Part shown: positions 14,196 to 32,343 of the stretch, one piece after another | How the letters are laid out: the number at the start of each line of letters is the position of its first letter | Numbering within the stretch: the stretch's first letter is position 1 | Position numbers and translations under genes: made by a program | Assembly (NCBI RefSeq): GCF_009914755.1 | Contig: NC_060927.1 | Reading direction: 5' to 3' (one strand) | DNA: 64,000 nucleotides | Origin: the human T2T-CHM13v2.0 reference genome, Homo sapiens | Notes under the pieces: model-generated | Told to the model about the DNA's origin: nothing | Databases searched by the model: none | Seen by the model: the letters and a program-made list of their open reading frames with translations, nothing else

Positions 14196-14967
14196 TTAGA
14201 CTCTGATACTGTGTCAAAATGTTACTTAATGTGCATATATGAAACCAAATGTAAACTCTTTACTGTTGTGCTTACAACTGTAAACCCATAATACTAATAA
14301 TGAAGGCACTTTGAATGGATGGTTACATGGATGGATGGTTGGAGTACATGCACATATATGCACACACAGACACTCATCTAGTCTTTATAGCAACAACATT
14401 ATGAGATAGGCTTAATAAAACCTTGTAGTAACACACAGGAGGAGAAGGGAAATTCAGGTAAAAAATCCAAGAAGTATGGCTCCAAAGCTCATACTCCTAA
14501 TTTTTTGGATCTCACTTAAAAAATTATGGTGGAATTTTTGGTGCTACTCTTATCTCCATTTTACAGATAAGGAAACTAAGAAAGAGATAGGCTATATGAT
14601 TTGTTCAAGATCCCACAGCTTATAGATGTCAGCTGTGCAACTCAAACCTAGACCAAGCAGGCTCCAGAGCCCATGATTTTAGTATACTAAATTATTTTTC
14701 AAACAAATCTAGCTAGATTTACAAATTAAAATTTCAAAATAAATGAAAATAGGCCTTAAGAAATATAATTTAAACAATCTTAATTAAATGAAGGAGTTGT
14801 TTTATTTATATTGAATTTCCAAAATTTTGATTTATTACTAGACAGATTTACTTGCTTGTTTTATGTTTTATATGTTGCCTAAATGATTTGGAGATTTATG
14901 TCATGGTAATTATCACTTTAATTTTGAAAATATTGATAATAAGCTTATTTTAGTTACTGAGCCATTA

Positions 14968-15348
<381 letters not shown>

Positions 15349-15511
15349 TTAGACAGTTTACCTTTATGCTCACGGCTGTTGCAGTCATTGCAAGTTGGCG
15401 TATGCAAAGACCAGCAGAATGTCAGCTTAAAATACCAATATGGAAAGAGTTAGTGTAGCTCTGCTTTTTTGAGTCTGTCTTATGTGTACTTCCCTACTCT
15501 GTTTGCTGTGA

Positions 15512-15866
<355 letters not shown>

Positions 15867-16344
15867 AGAATCTCTCATTTTTGTACAAATGTGCTATGAC
15901 ATTGTTTGGCCTGCTCTTGGTGCAAACAAAGCATTGACATATAAGCCCAGTTTTTTCCTTAATTCTGGCCCTAAATCAAATAGTGCTTAATTTACCTTAG
16001 CAAAAATAACAGAGTTTCAATTTACTATGTAACTTGAGAAATTAAAGATTTATTATTTAGTGCAAATACCTTAGTCACAAATTTTGGCTACAGTAAAAAT
16101 CACTTTCTGCCAGAATATTGAACATGAGTACAGCAGCAGTAGATGCAAGGCTATTGCCATGACATTTGGACAGGCCTCCTCAGCAGCAGTTAGGCATTGC
16201 TTATGAATACATTAAAAGCAAACCCTAGCATTTGAGGAGAGCACATGACACCAAGCCTAACTATGAACACAATTATGGCACTGAAATTGCACTGAATTGC
16301 TTGATAATGAGTGGGGTGCTCATATGCTTATGTTAGTACTTAGG

Positions 16345-16983
<639 letters not shown>

Positions 16984-17038
16984 TAAAAAACATATTTTAA
17001 AAATTCACACAGAACACACGAATTGGATCCCCCTAGAG

Positions 17039-17295
17039 CAAACTTGTCCAGCTCACAGCCTGTGGCCCACATGCAGCCCAGAACAGCTTTAAATGTGGCC
17101 CAACACTAACTCATAAACTTTCTTAAAACATTATGAAGTTTTGTGTGTGCGTGTGTGTGTGTGTGTGTGTGTTTGTTTTTGGCGATTTTTAAAATAGCTC
17201 ATCAGCTATTGTTAGTGTTAGTTTATTTTATGTGTGGCCCAAGACAATTCTTCTTCCAGTGTGGCCCAGGGAAGCCAAAAAATTGACAACCCCTG
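17039..17295. mobile_element. MER30 (hAT-Charlie) with internal (TG)n
   Basis: GTGGCCC motifs; 8-bp TSD CCCTAGAG/CCCTGGAG. Confidence 0.8.
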
Positions 17296-18237
17296 CCCTG
17301 GAGCATATCCAGGGGCTCCCAGGCTTCATGGACTCCAGGTAGAAAGATGTTCTCCATTAAAAGTTGTGATAGAGCCATTAATTCACCCACATGTTACCAT
17401 ATGACAGTCTCCTAGCAATACACAGGAACACAGGCAACATTAGGGTATTATGGCGTTCAGGACCATCCTGGGCAATATGGTGAAACCCTGTCTCTACCAA
17501 AATATCTTTTTATTCTAGCCTTTTCCCTACTGTTTAGTTTGAACCATTCTAAAAGACAGTTAAAATAGAACTAAACTTCTTTGTTGGAAAAAGTGCTTTA
17601 CTGGTTTTTGCCCTTATAGTTAAGGTGGATGTCAGTGTCCCCCAAGTTCTGTAGCAGTTTTCAAGAGGATTGCCTCATATGTGTTCACAAACACAGGCCT
17701 TAGTAGTTGGGGGGAAAAAGAAAAAAGGACCACATCACCCCCTCTGCTTTTACCATCCTCTGTCCCATAACACTGTTGATCCCACTAGATGCTGCTGTAT
17801 GTGTAAAGTATTTCCCTATTTGTTAGGCCACATAGACTGATCTTCCTGCATGGACTTATGTCAGAACTTGGGAAGGGCACCTCTCTCCCTGTTTACATTA
17901 CACATTCTGTTAAGGAGAGAGGAGCTACCTAAACATGAATACTTCATACTACTGAGTATCTTTTTAAGAAGATTATAGTGAAAGTAACTTTTGAGTTTTT
18001 ATTTCAACCCTTCTCTTTTCCTAGGACACATAAATAAGATTTGAAGTGGAGGAGGGCCTGGGGCGGGAGCCTGGATCAGAGAGAAATTGGAGTGACAGAT
18101 ATGTAGTCTAACCTTGGAAATAAAAAAAAATTGACAACTGAAACATTGTCATGAGGTTCAACATATCTACTTTAACTTAGTCTTTCCTGAAGAATGACTT
18201 CTCTTCCAGGACACTTCTCATTCCAACACTAGATGTC

Positions 18238-18602
18238 TGATATGGTTTGGCTCCACATCCCCACCCAAATCTCATCTCGAATTGTAATCCCCGTGTGTCA
18301 AGGGAGGGACCTGGTGAGAGGTGATTGGATCATGGGGGTGGTTTCCCCCATGCTGTTCTGGTGATAATCGTGAGTGAGTTATCATGAAATCGGATAGTTT
18401 AAGAGTGGCACTTCCCCACTCTCACTCTCTCCCCTGCCACCACGTAAGATGTGCCTTGCTTTCCTTTCACCTTTTGCTATGATTGTAAGTTTCCTGAGGC
18501 CTCCCCAGCCATGCGGAACTGTGAGTCAATTAAACCTCTTTTCTTTATAAATTACCCAGTCTTGGGTAATTCTTTATAGCAGTGTGAAAATGGACTAATA
18601 CA
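18238..18602 (+). mobile_element. THE1D/MST-type MaLR solo LTR
   Basis: TGATATGGTTTGG...GGACTAATACA termini; TSD ATGTC at 18233-18237 and 18603-18607. Confidence 0.9.
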
Positions 18603-20363
18603 ATGTCTAGTGGACTTGTTCCAAGGTTGACCAAGCAAGCCCTCAAATATGTGAATCTAACACAATTTAAGCTCAGTGTAGGCTGTTTAGCTACATTTAT
18701 GTGTTGGTGAGTAGAATATTGAGTGGACTAAATGTGGACTAAACCATCGCATTTCATGTTATTCTGTCTCAGGATTTTTTCCCTCTACAATTAGATCTTA
18801 TATTGTTGCATAATTATTATCAACAGTTCTAAATTTTGAGTGAATTTTATATTTAAAATGGCTTTATTAATAAGGTACACTACTAGAATGCATATATGTA
18901 CAGCTTTAAATTTCTCTTCCCGTATGATTGGAACAGGAAGTGAATTCCTGGTTTTTTAAGGAAAAGTATCTCTATTCTATGAATTACCTGATCAGACAAC
19001 CTTATCTGAATATCATGTTAAAGTACCTTTTATACTTTTAACCCATGATCCTCATATGTTACAAGTTTATAGTTTCAAAAGACTACTGGTATAGCAGGAA
19101 TTTTAACACTTGTTAATCAACTATAGGAGGAGATTTACTTTTGATTGGAATTGATGTAAAATAGCATTGTTGTTAGAAATAATTATTTCTTTCCTCTTGT
19201 TTGGAAAGGAAACCAACACTAAGATTGTTGAAGTTTACATAATGTCCCTTGATTACAATCACTCAGGAGCCTAAGAGGTATTGCTCACTCAAGGAATAAG
19301 ACTTATCTTAGGAAATAATGTGAATGAGAAGTTATTCTTACTTTGACCAGTGAGGAGAAAAAGGATATCAGGGACGGAGATCTGGAATACTTACACACTA
19401 GTGATCCATACACAAATTTTCTAATATAACCAGTAACTTATTGTCTAAGTGATGTAGGCACTTTCTTATCTGAATACTTGTTACATGTAATATGTGTTTG
19501 TTCTGTTATATGTAATATGTGTTTGTTATATGTAATTTGACATTGCCTATTTTATTTTATCTACACATTGTAGGAAAAATGTAATATTGTTAAAAATTAT
19601 TAATAAACTATTCAACTAACCATTTAGAATCTTCTGTGTTTCAAGTACAACTTTGGATGCTAGTGATACCGAGAGATTATAAATTATCTTGGCCTCAGGA
19701 CTTTACTGCTATTCACAGCAATAATTCCCAACCTGGCTGATCATCAGGACCACATGAGAAATCTTGTGAAAATTATGAATTCATAGATCCTAAAATAAAA
19801 GCAACAATTACATTGCTTAGTACCTAACTTCAAGAGTAGGGGACTTCCAGCTCATACAATCATCTTGCTGTTTTCTGCCTTCATAGCCCAGAGAATGTTC
19901 TCCTTATTCTAGCCCTTCCCGTCACCCAGATCTATCCCTCTGAATAAGAATAAAGGACAATTAAAGAGTTATGAACTAACTTAAATTAGTTAATTATCAT
20001 ATCAAAAGACAATAATGAGGTAAGGATGCATCAGAATCCATAGTTCAAATGAATGGGATTTGGCAAGCTACTTTAGAACACTGGTTCTTAATTTTTTTGG
20101 GCCACACATACCTTTGAGAATCTGATAAAAACCGGGATTCTCTGTACAGGAAAATATAAGTACTTTTTTTTAAAGAATTTCTTATACTTCCTGACTCCCA
20201 TGCATGATACCCATATTAAAAACATCTTTAGTATCTCCCAAGCCCTGTATTCACCTTCCTCTTCATCACTTCTCCTTCTTCTGTGTCCATGCCTCACCCT
20301 CAACCTCTCTTTCCTTCTTTATGTTTAGGTAACCTCTTATTTCTCTATGCATGTTTTTGTTAT

Positions 20364-20418
20364 TCTCTCTCTTCCTTCTTCTTCTTTTTCTTCTTCCTCT
20401 TCCTCTTCCTCCTCCTCC

Positions 20419-20449
<31 letters not shown>

Positions 20450-20490
20450 TGCCAGAATCTCTTCTCTCTCTTATCTTTTTTCTCTTCTTA
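20364..20490 (+). repeat. Polypyrimidine (CTT/CCT)n tract
   Basis: About 85 nt of pure C/T triplet repeats at 20364-20450, with a pyrimidine-rich tail. Confidence 0.9.
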
Positions 20491-20747
20491 ACTAACTAGA
20501 ATATGGATTTGATGTATATTCTAAAACAGTTATGGTATATTTTGCGTGGTTTTAATTTTATTGGAATATTTTATTTAAAACATTGTAATCACATATGCAA
20601 TCTACAAAGAACAAAAAAAGGAAAAAGTTAATTTTAATGCTACCATTTTGATATGCTTTACCATGTTGGTATATTTTTGTGTTTTTTTTTTTTTTAAAAC
20701 ACACTATGTATTTATATGTATTATATATGAGTGATAGTCTGACTGTA

Positions 20748-20827
20748 TTAAGTTGGTGCAAAAGTAATTGTGGTATTTGCCTTTAAAAGTAATGCCAAAA
20801 ACTGCAATTACTTTTGCACCAACCTAA
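20748..20827. mobile_element. MADE1 (Hsmar1 MITE), 80-bp palindrome
   Basis: TTAAGTTGGTGCAAAAGTAATTG...CAATTACTTTTGCACCAACCTAA inverted termini. Confidence 0.9.
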
Positions 20828-20829
20828 CA

Positions 20830-21093
20830 GAAGTTATCAAGGACATTGTAGCAAATTTTGTTTTTTAGGAGTTGCTCTAGGAATTATACTATGCATCTTT
20901 AATGTATCATAATATACTTATTTCTAATAAAATGTAAGAGCTTTGTACCAGTTTACCTCTGTGCTCCTCTCCTTTGTACTATTGCAATCACGAATATCAC
21001 ATTTATATATATTATAAACTTAATGCAATATTAGTTTTTGCTTTTATCAAACATATGTCTTTTAAAGAAATTAAGAGAAGAAACTTTTAACAC

Positions 21094-21126
<33 letters not shown>

Positions 21127-22950
21127 CTTTTATATGTATTCACATATTTACTAATCACAGTGCTCTTCATGCCTTCCTGTGGTTCCAAGTTACCATGTGG
21201 TATCATTTCCTTTTGGCCTGAAGTACTTACTTCAGTATTTCTTGCTAGGGCAGGTCCACGAGCAATGAACTGATTTCTTGATTTTTTGTTTCTATGTGAA
21301 TGTTTTTATTTCGTGTTTATTTTTGTTGGATATAGAATTGTTGCTTGAAGGATATTCATCCCCCACCTTCCACCCCTCCCAGCACATTAAATTTTGGTAG
21401 AGATGGGATCTTACTATCATCCTGGCTGATCTTGAACTCCTGGCCTCAAGCAATCCTCCTGCCTTGGCCTCCCAAAGGGCTGGGATTACAGGTGTGAGCC
21501 ACTGCCTGTCCCCCCAGCCCACCGCAAACTAAATGTACCATTCCAGTTGCCATCTGGTCTGCATTATTTCTGTTGAGAATTCAACCATTTATCTTTTACT
21601 TGTATGTGTCATGATGTTTTTCCCTTGCTGCTCTTAAGATTTTCTCTTTGCCTTTGGCTACTAGGAATTTGACTACAATGCATGTAAGTGTGAGTCCTTT
21701 TGCACCTGTCCTCTTGGAGTTCATTGGTCTTCAGTTATTTGTAAATTAAACTTTTTTGCCAGATTTGATATTTTTGGCCATTACTTCCTCAAGTATTTTT
21801 TTCTGCCCCTTCTCACTTCCTCTCTCTTTTCTCCTTCTAGGACTTCAATTACATGTATGTTAGGATATTTGATGTTGTCCCACAGATAGCTAAGGCTCTG
21901 TTCATTTTCCTTCAATGTTTTTTTTCTCTTTGTTTTCTGCTTTGGATAATTGTTTTATCAATCTGTTTTTATACTCACTAATTCTTTCTTCTGCCATCTC
22001 AGATCTGTTAATGAGCTCATCTAGTGAGTTTTGTTTTGTTTAATTCTTTGATCATATTTATAATAGCTTCTTTGAAGTCTTTGTCTGCTAAAACAGACAT
22101 CTGGGTTAATTTGGAGTTTCTATTGACTACCCTTCTTCCTTGAGCAGTGAGATCACATTTCCACACTTCCTTTTTTTTTCTAATGTCTAGTAATTTTTGG
22201 TTGAAAATTGGAACTTGTAGGTAATATGTTATTGTGACTCTGGGCTTAATTTACCAATTTTGTTCTTCTGAGTATTTTAGGGTTTTTGCAGTTATCTTTT
22301 CTAGACTCAAACTGTGAAATTTGGTACCTCTGCAGTGTTTATCTGCTGATGTTTCAGCTTGGATTTTGAGTGTTTATTGATATTGTCTGCTTTTTTAGCA
22401 TGGCTCCTTAGGGGTTTCCTCTGTGTCTGTGTAGTTTAATGGTTAGTAAATGATTTGGGCAGAGGTCACGGTCGAATACGTCAGGGCAGGATCTTTGTGA
22501 ATTAGGAATACATTCAAAGGTGGAGCAAATTCACAATTCTCCCGGACTTCCAATCTTCATCTGGTTCTTCAAGATCTTCCGCACACATGTGTAATTTAGT
22601 AGAAGAAAGTCACAAGTGTGTGAAGAGTTTTTAATCTGCTATGGCTCTCTCACTTCTAAAATCTTACCATTAAATGTCTACTTGTTCTGCCACTACCCTG
22701 AACCAAGTCTACCACCTCTGGTGCTGAAGCAGTAGGTTTTTGCCATTCAAGCTGTACAGGAAGTAACATCCCCAAGCAAGAACATCAAAACTTGCTGTTC
22801 TTACTAGATAAAGTATTAAATAGCACTTTGCCTCAGGAATATATTTCTTAGGTTTTTGTCTGCCTTTGGTTATTTCCTAATGCTCTGAAGTGATTGTTTT
22901 TAGTCATTTTTGCCCATATGTATAGTTGTTTTTTATAGAGAATGGGTCTC
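20830..22950 (-). mobile_element. Old L1M 5'/ORF1-region relic
   Basis: T-rich sequence resembling the reverse complement of L1M ORF1 (e.g. TTCTTCTGCCATCTCAGATCTG, TTTGAAGTCTTTGTCTGCTAA). Boundaries approximate. Confidence 0.55.
21390..21511 (-). mobile_element. Alu monomer (FLAM-like)
   Basis: Left-arm-only Alu sequence. Confidence 0.75.
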
Positions 22951-23563
22951 CTTATCTCCTCTTGTTACCTCTTACTGGAAATAAGATGCATCATTGCTAA
23001 CATTCAGAACAGTTCCTTCACATCTTTATTCTGTGCATCCGTACTATAGTACACATTATATATACACAGAGAGAGAGAATCAACAGTATGATCTAAATTT
23101 GTATCCTGCATTTCACTTAGCAGTATAGTATTGATATTTTCTTTTGGTAAAAATTTTCATATAATTTTTGCTAAAATATTTTATTTTTTTGGAAAAGATT
23201 TTGATACAGCTACATTATACTTCAGTATATCAATATAGCAAAATTCAATTATTTCTCTATTGTTAGGAACTTACTGGTATATGGCTTTCTATCATTCTTC
23301 AATCATTTGCTCTTTTAGATATCAACATGGTGAGCATCATTGTGCAAATTTTTTTTTTTATTATACTTTAAGTTCTAGGGTACATGTGCACAACGTGCAG
23401 GTTTGTTACATATGTATACATGTGCCATGTTGGTGTGCTGCACCCATTAACTCGTCATTTACATTAGGTATATCTCCTAATGCTTTCCCTCTGCCCTCCC
23501 CTCACCCCACGACAGGCCCCGGTGTGTGATGTTCCCCTTCCTGTGTCCAAGTGTTCTCATTGT

Positions 23564-27387
<3,824 letters not shown>

Positions 27388-27450
27388 TATGATGTTAGCT
27401 GCTTATTTTGCTGATTAGTTGATGCAGTTTCTTCCTAGCATCGATGGTCT

Positions 27451-28471
27451 TTACAATTTGGCATGTTTTTGCAGTGGCTGGTACCGGTAGTTTCTTTCCA
27501 TGTTTAGTGCTTCCTTCAGGAGCTCTTGTAGGGCAGGCCTGGTGGTGACAAAAATCTCTCAGCATTTGCTTGTCTGTAGAGGATTGTATTTCTCCTTCAC
27601 TTATGAAGCTTATTTTGGCTGGATATGAAATCCTGGGTTGAAAATTCTTTTCTTAAGAATGTTGTATATTGGCCCCCACTCTCTTCTGGCTTGTAGAGTT
27701 TCTGCCGAGAGATCAGCTGTTAGTCTGATGGGCTTCCCTTTGTGGGTAACCCAACCTTTCTCTCTGGCTGCCCTTAACATTTTTTCCTTCATTTCAACTT
27801 TGGTGAATCTGACAATTATGCACCTTGGAGGAGTATGCTCTTCTCGAGGAGTATCTTTGTGGCGCTCTCTGTATTTCCTGAATTTGAATGTTGGCCTGCC
27901 TTGCTAGGGTGGGGAAGTTCTCCTGGATAATATCCTGAAGAGTGTTTTCCAGCTTGGTTCCATTCTCCCCATCACTTTCAGGTACACCAATCAGACGTAG
28001 ATTTTGTCTTTTCACATAGTCCCATATTTCTTGGAGGCTTTGTTCATTTCTTTTTGCTCTTTTTTCTCTAAGCTTCTCTTCTCACTTCATTTCATTCATT
28101 TGATTTTCCATCCCTGATACCCTTTCTTCCAGTTGATCAAATCAGCTACTGAAGGTTGTGCATTTGTCACATAGTTCTTGTGCCATGGTTTTCAGCTCCA
28201 TCAGGTCATTTAAGGACTTCTCTACTCTGGTTATTCTGGTTAGCCATTCATCTAATCTTTTTTCATGGTTTTTATCTTCTTTGCATTGGGATCGAACTTC
28301 CTCCTTTAGCTCTGAGAAGTTTGATCGTCTGAAACTTTCTTCTCTCAACTCGTCAAAGTCATTCTGCATCCAGCTTTGTTCCATTACTTGCGAGGAGCTA
28401 CGTTCCTTTGGAGGGGGAGAGGTGCTCTGATTTTTAGAATTTTCTGCTTTTCTGCTCTGTTTTTTCTCCAT
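27451..28471 (-). pseudogene. L1 ORF1p remnant (split)
   Basis: Fragments MEKKQSRKAENSK..., MKRQNLRLIGVPESDGENGTKLE... and MKEKMLRAAREKG..., separated by stops or frameshifts. Confidence 0.9.
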
Positions 28472-29944
28472 CTTTGTGGTTTTATCTACCTTTGGTTTTT
28501 CATGATGGTGACATACAGTTGGGGTCTTGGTGTGGATGTCCTTTCTGTTTGTTAGTTTTCCTTCTAACAGTCAGGACCCTCAGCTGCACGTCTGTTGGCG
28601 TTTGCTGGAGGTCCACTCCAGCCCCTGTTTGCCTGGGTATCAGCAGCAGAGGCTGCAGAACAGCGAATATTGCTGAACAGCAAATGTTGCTGCTTGATCG
28701 TTCCTCTGGAAGCTTCATCTCAGAGGGGTACCCGGCTGTGTGAGCTGTCAGTGTGCCCCTACTGGGGTGTGCCTCCCAGTTAGGCTACTCGGGGATCAGG
28801 GACCCACTTGAGACAGTCTGAACATTCTCAGATCTCAAACTCCGTGCTGAGAGAACCACTACTCTCTTCAAAGCTGTCAGACAGGGACGTTTAACTCTGC
28901 AGAGATTTCTGCTGCCTTTTGTTTGTCTATGCCCTGCCCCCAGAGGTGGAGTCTACAGAGGCAGGCAGGCCTCCTTGAGCTGAGGTGGGCTCCACCCAGT
29001 TCGAGCTTCTGGGCTGCTTTGTTCACCTACTCAAGCCTCAGCAGCGGTGGGCACCCCTCCACCAGCCTCGCTGCCGCTTTGCAGTTCGATCTCAGAGTGT
29101 TGTGCTAGCAATGAGCGAGGCTCCGTGGGCGTTGGACCCTCCGAGCCAGGCGCGGGATATTATCTCCTGGTGTGCCGTTTGCTAAGACCCTTGGAAAAGT
29201 GCAGTATTAGGGTGGGAGTGACCCGATTTTCCAGGTGCCATCTGTCACCCCTTCCCTTGGCTAGTAAAGGGAATTCCCTGACCCCTTGCACTTCCTGGAT
29301 GAGGCGATGCCTCGCCCTGCTTCAGCTCACACTAGGTGGACTGCACCCACTGTCCTGCCCCCACTGTCTGACGAGCCCCAGTGAGATTTCCTCAGTTGGA
29401 AATGCAGAAATCACCCGTCTTCTGCGTCGCTCACTCTGGGAGCTGTAGACTGGAGCTGTTCCTATTCAGCCATCTTGCTAATGTTCTATGAACAGATTTT
29501 TGTACGTATCTTAAATAATTGCATTAGGCTAGATTCTTAAAATGAAAATCCTATGTCAAAGGGTATGAGTATTTTAAATGTTCTTAATATATAGTACCCT
29601 ACCATTTTCTGGATGGTAGGCAATTTTGGACACCTTTTCGTGTTAACATTGTCATTGTTTTCAATAGGTACACTATATCTCATTAAGTAGAGTGACCTAA
29701 CTAGTTCTTTATTGTTGGATATTTAGGTTATTTTTTGATCTTTGCTCTTCTAAGGAATTTTCTGAATATCTGAATGTTCTTAGCTTTTCCATGTTTTAAA
29801 TATTTTCTCTAGGTCCCCAAATTGGAAACATTTTCTCAAGGAGTATGAGTACTTGAAGGGCTCCATTCACATAATTTTAAATTGCTTTCTATAAATATTA
29901 TATCAATTTATAATACCGCTAATGAGGCATGAGAGTTTTACATC

Positions 29945-30320
29945 TGTATTAGTCTGTTCTCATGCTGCTAATAAAGACCTACCTGAGACTGGGTAACTTA
30001 TTAAAAAAAAAAAAAAGGTTTAATGGACTCACAGCTCCATGTGGCTGGGGAGGCCTCACAATCATAGCACAAGACAAAGTAGGAGCAAAGTCATGTCTCA
30101 CATGGCAGCAGACGATACAGAGAGCATGTGCAGGGGAATTCCCCTTTGTAAAACCAATTAGATTTCTTGAGACTTAATCATTATCACAAGCCCTGCTCCC
30201 ATGATTCAGTTACCTCCCACTGGGTCCCTCCCACAACACTTGGGAATTATGAGAGCTACAATTTGAGATTTGGTGTTGGGCTCAGAGGGTGAGGGGAACA
30301 CACACAGCCAAACCATATCA
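29945..30320 (-). mobile_element. THE1B/C-type MaLR solo LTR
   Basis: TGTATTAGTC...AAACCATATCA on the + strand; TSD ACATC at 29940-29944 and 30321-30325. Confidence 0.9.
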
Positions 30321-32064
30321 ACATCATTGGCTAGAATTAGCTGTCATTTATATTTTTCACATTTACATATTTTAATAATGGCATAGTGAATTCTACAAGA
30401 GAAATTTGAGGAGAGAGCTTGACTAGTAGTCTTTTGTGCGTGTGAGTTTCTTATGCTTTTTTGTTCTCTTTTAAGAATTAGTGATTTTGTTATAAACTTA
30501 CAAGAACTTTTTTTGAATGAAGCTATTAACTTGGTTAAATTTGTTTCTAATAAATTTATTGTCACTGTTTTGCCATTTTATTTTAGTTCTGTGTTGCTGG
30601 ATACTTTTTATATAAAATTGAATATTTTTATGTAGTCAAATCTGTTGGGTTTTTTTCTTTATGATTTCTTCTGTTACTTCTAAGCCTAAAAATTCAGCCC
30701 TTCTCCCATGTGAATTCTTATTCTGTTAGTTTGAACCAAATGAACTTGCCACTTTTATAGTTAACAAATGATTAAGTATCAGTATTTCATATAGTTTAAT
30801 CTTGAAGTTTTTTTGAAGTGTATTCATTTTCCTTATTGGAATATTTTTTTCCTCATGGCCTAACAAATAAAAAACAAAATATATGCAAAAAACCTGAATA
30901 AGATTACATATTTTTTTTCATTTTGGTATAGTGGTCTTTTTTTTTTTTTAAGTATAAGTGGGTGTTAATCATGTGGTAAAGAGTTGGATTATCATTCCTA
31001 CACTACCATACTAATATATTATTTAGTTGCTCTTTCATAATATATATCTTTTAAAGTATACAAAGCAGTACTTTTGATTATATATTGTTATTAATGTAGC
31101 AAATTTCATAAATAAAAGTAGAACTTAATTTATGTCATTTTTTAGGTCAGAAAAGAGGAGTCACAAAGAGACTAGCAAGAAAGAGAGAGGGATCTCTGAT
31201 TGTTTTAGAATGAAAGCCCAAGGAATAATGTATTCATTATATATATTTATCTTACTTTGGCTCTACATTAGAATTTTAAAAGAAATATACCATCATAAAT
31301 TAGCAATCAAGTTTCTGCCAATACTTTTTAATCATAACTAACAACACCCATAGTTTTGGACTTTCCTGAAGTAGAGATCATTAGTTATGATGAATTGTGA
31401 AGTGGTTTTGTGATTATACTAATGTTGACTAAAACATCCGTGTTTGATCATCTATATCATTTTCACTTATTACTTGAGCCAGTTATTGATTCTAGGTCTC
31501 CTGGGGCAAAAAACTGGTATGTTTATTCATTATAAGTTTCACCTCTTAAAATAAATCCGTAACCTCATGGTAGGAGCAGGAGTAGGTGTCAAAAGTTAGA
31601 TTACAGGCAAAACTTAAATATTTCTTGCAAAACTTAAACATTTCTTAAATAGGGAGACTGTTTTTATGAAAACGTGTGATATAAACATACTTTGTACTTA
31701 ATTATAAACTTCAAAATTTTTAATTTACTATTTTCCTTATCTTTTAAAGATTTTTTCCTTTTGTCATAATATCCATTTTTCCCTGATCCATCCAGTCAAA
31801 TTTTACTTAGAAAACAGATAGGATTAAGGATAAAAAAGAAAAAGAAAAATTATTACCATTTTGCTATGTATTTTTCTATGATAGCATATTATTTTGAATT
31901 TTTTTTTCCAAATCTGGATCATTTTACATAGTTTTGTAGTTTTTAAAAAATGTAATGTTAGCATTTCTGCATGTTACTAAATGTCTTTACATTTGAAAAA
32001 TTGACTGTTATGCTACTTCCATCATGGATTTGGACCATAATTTATTTAATCATTTTTCTCTTAG

Positions 32065-32343
<279 letters not shown>

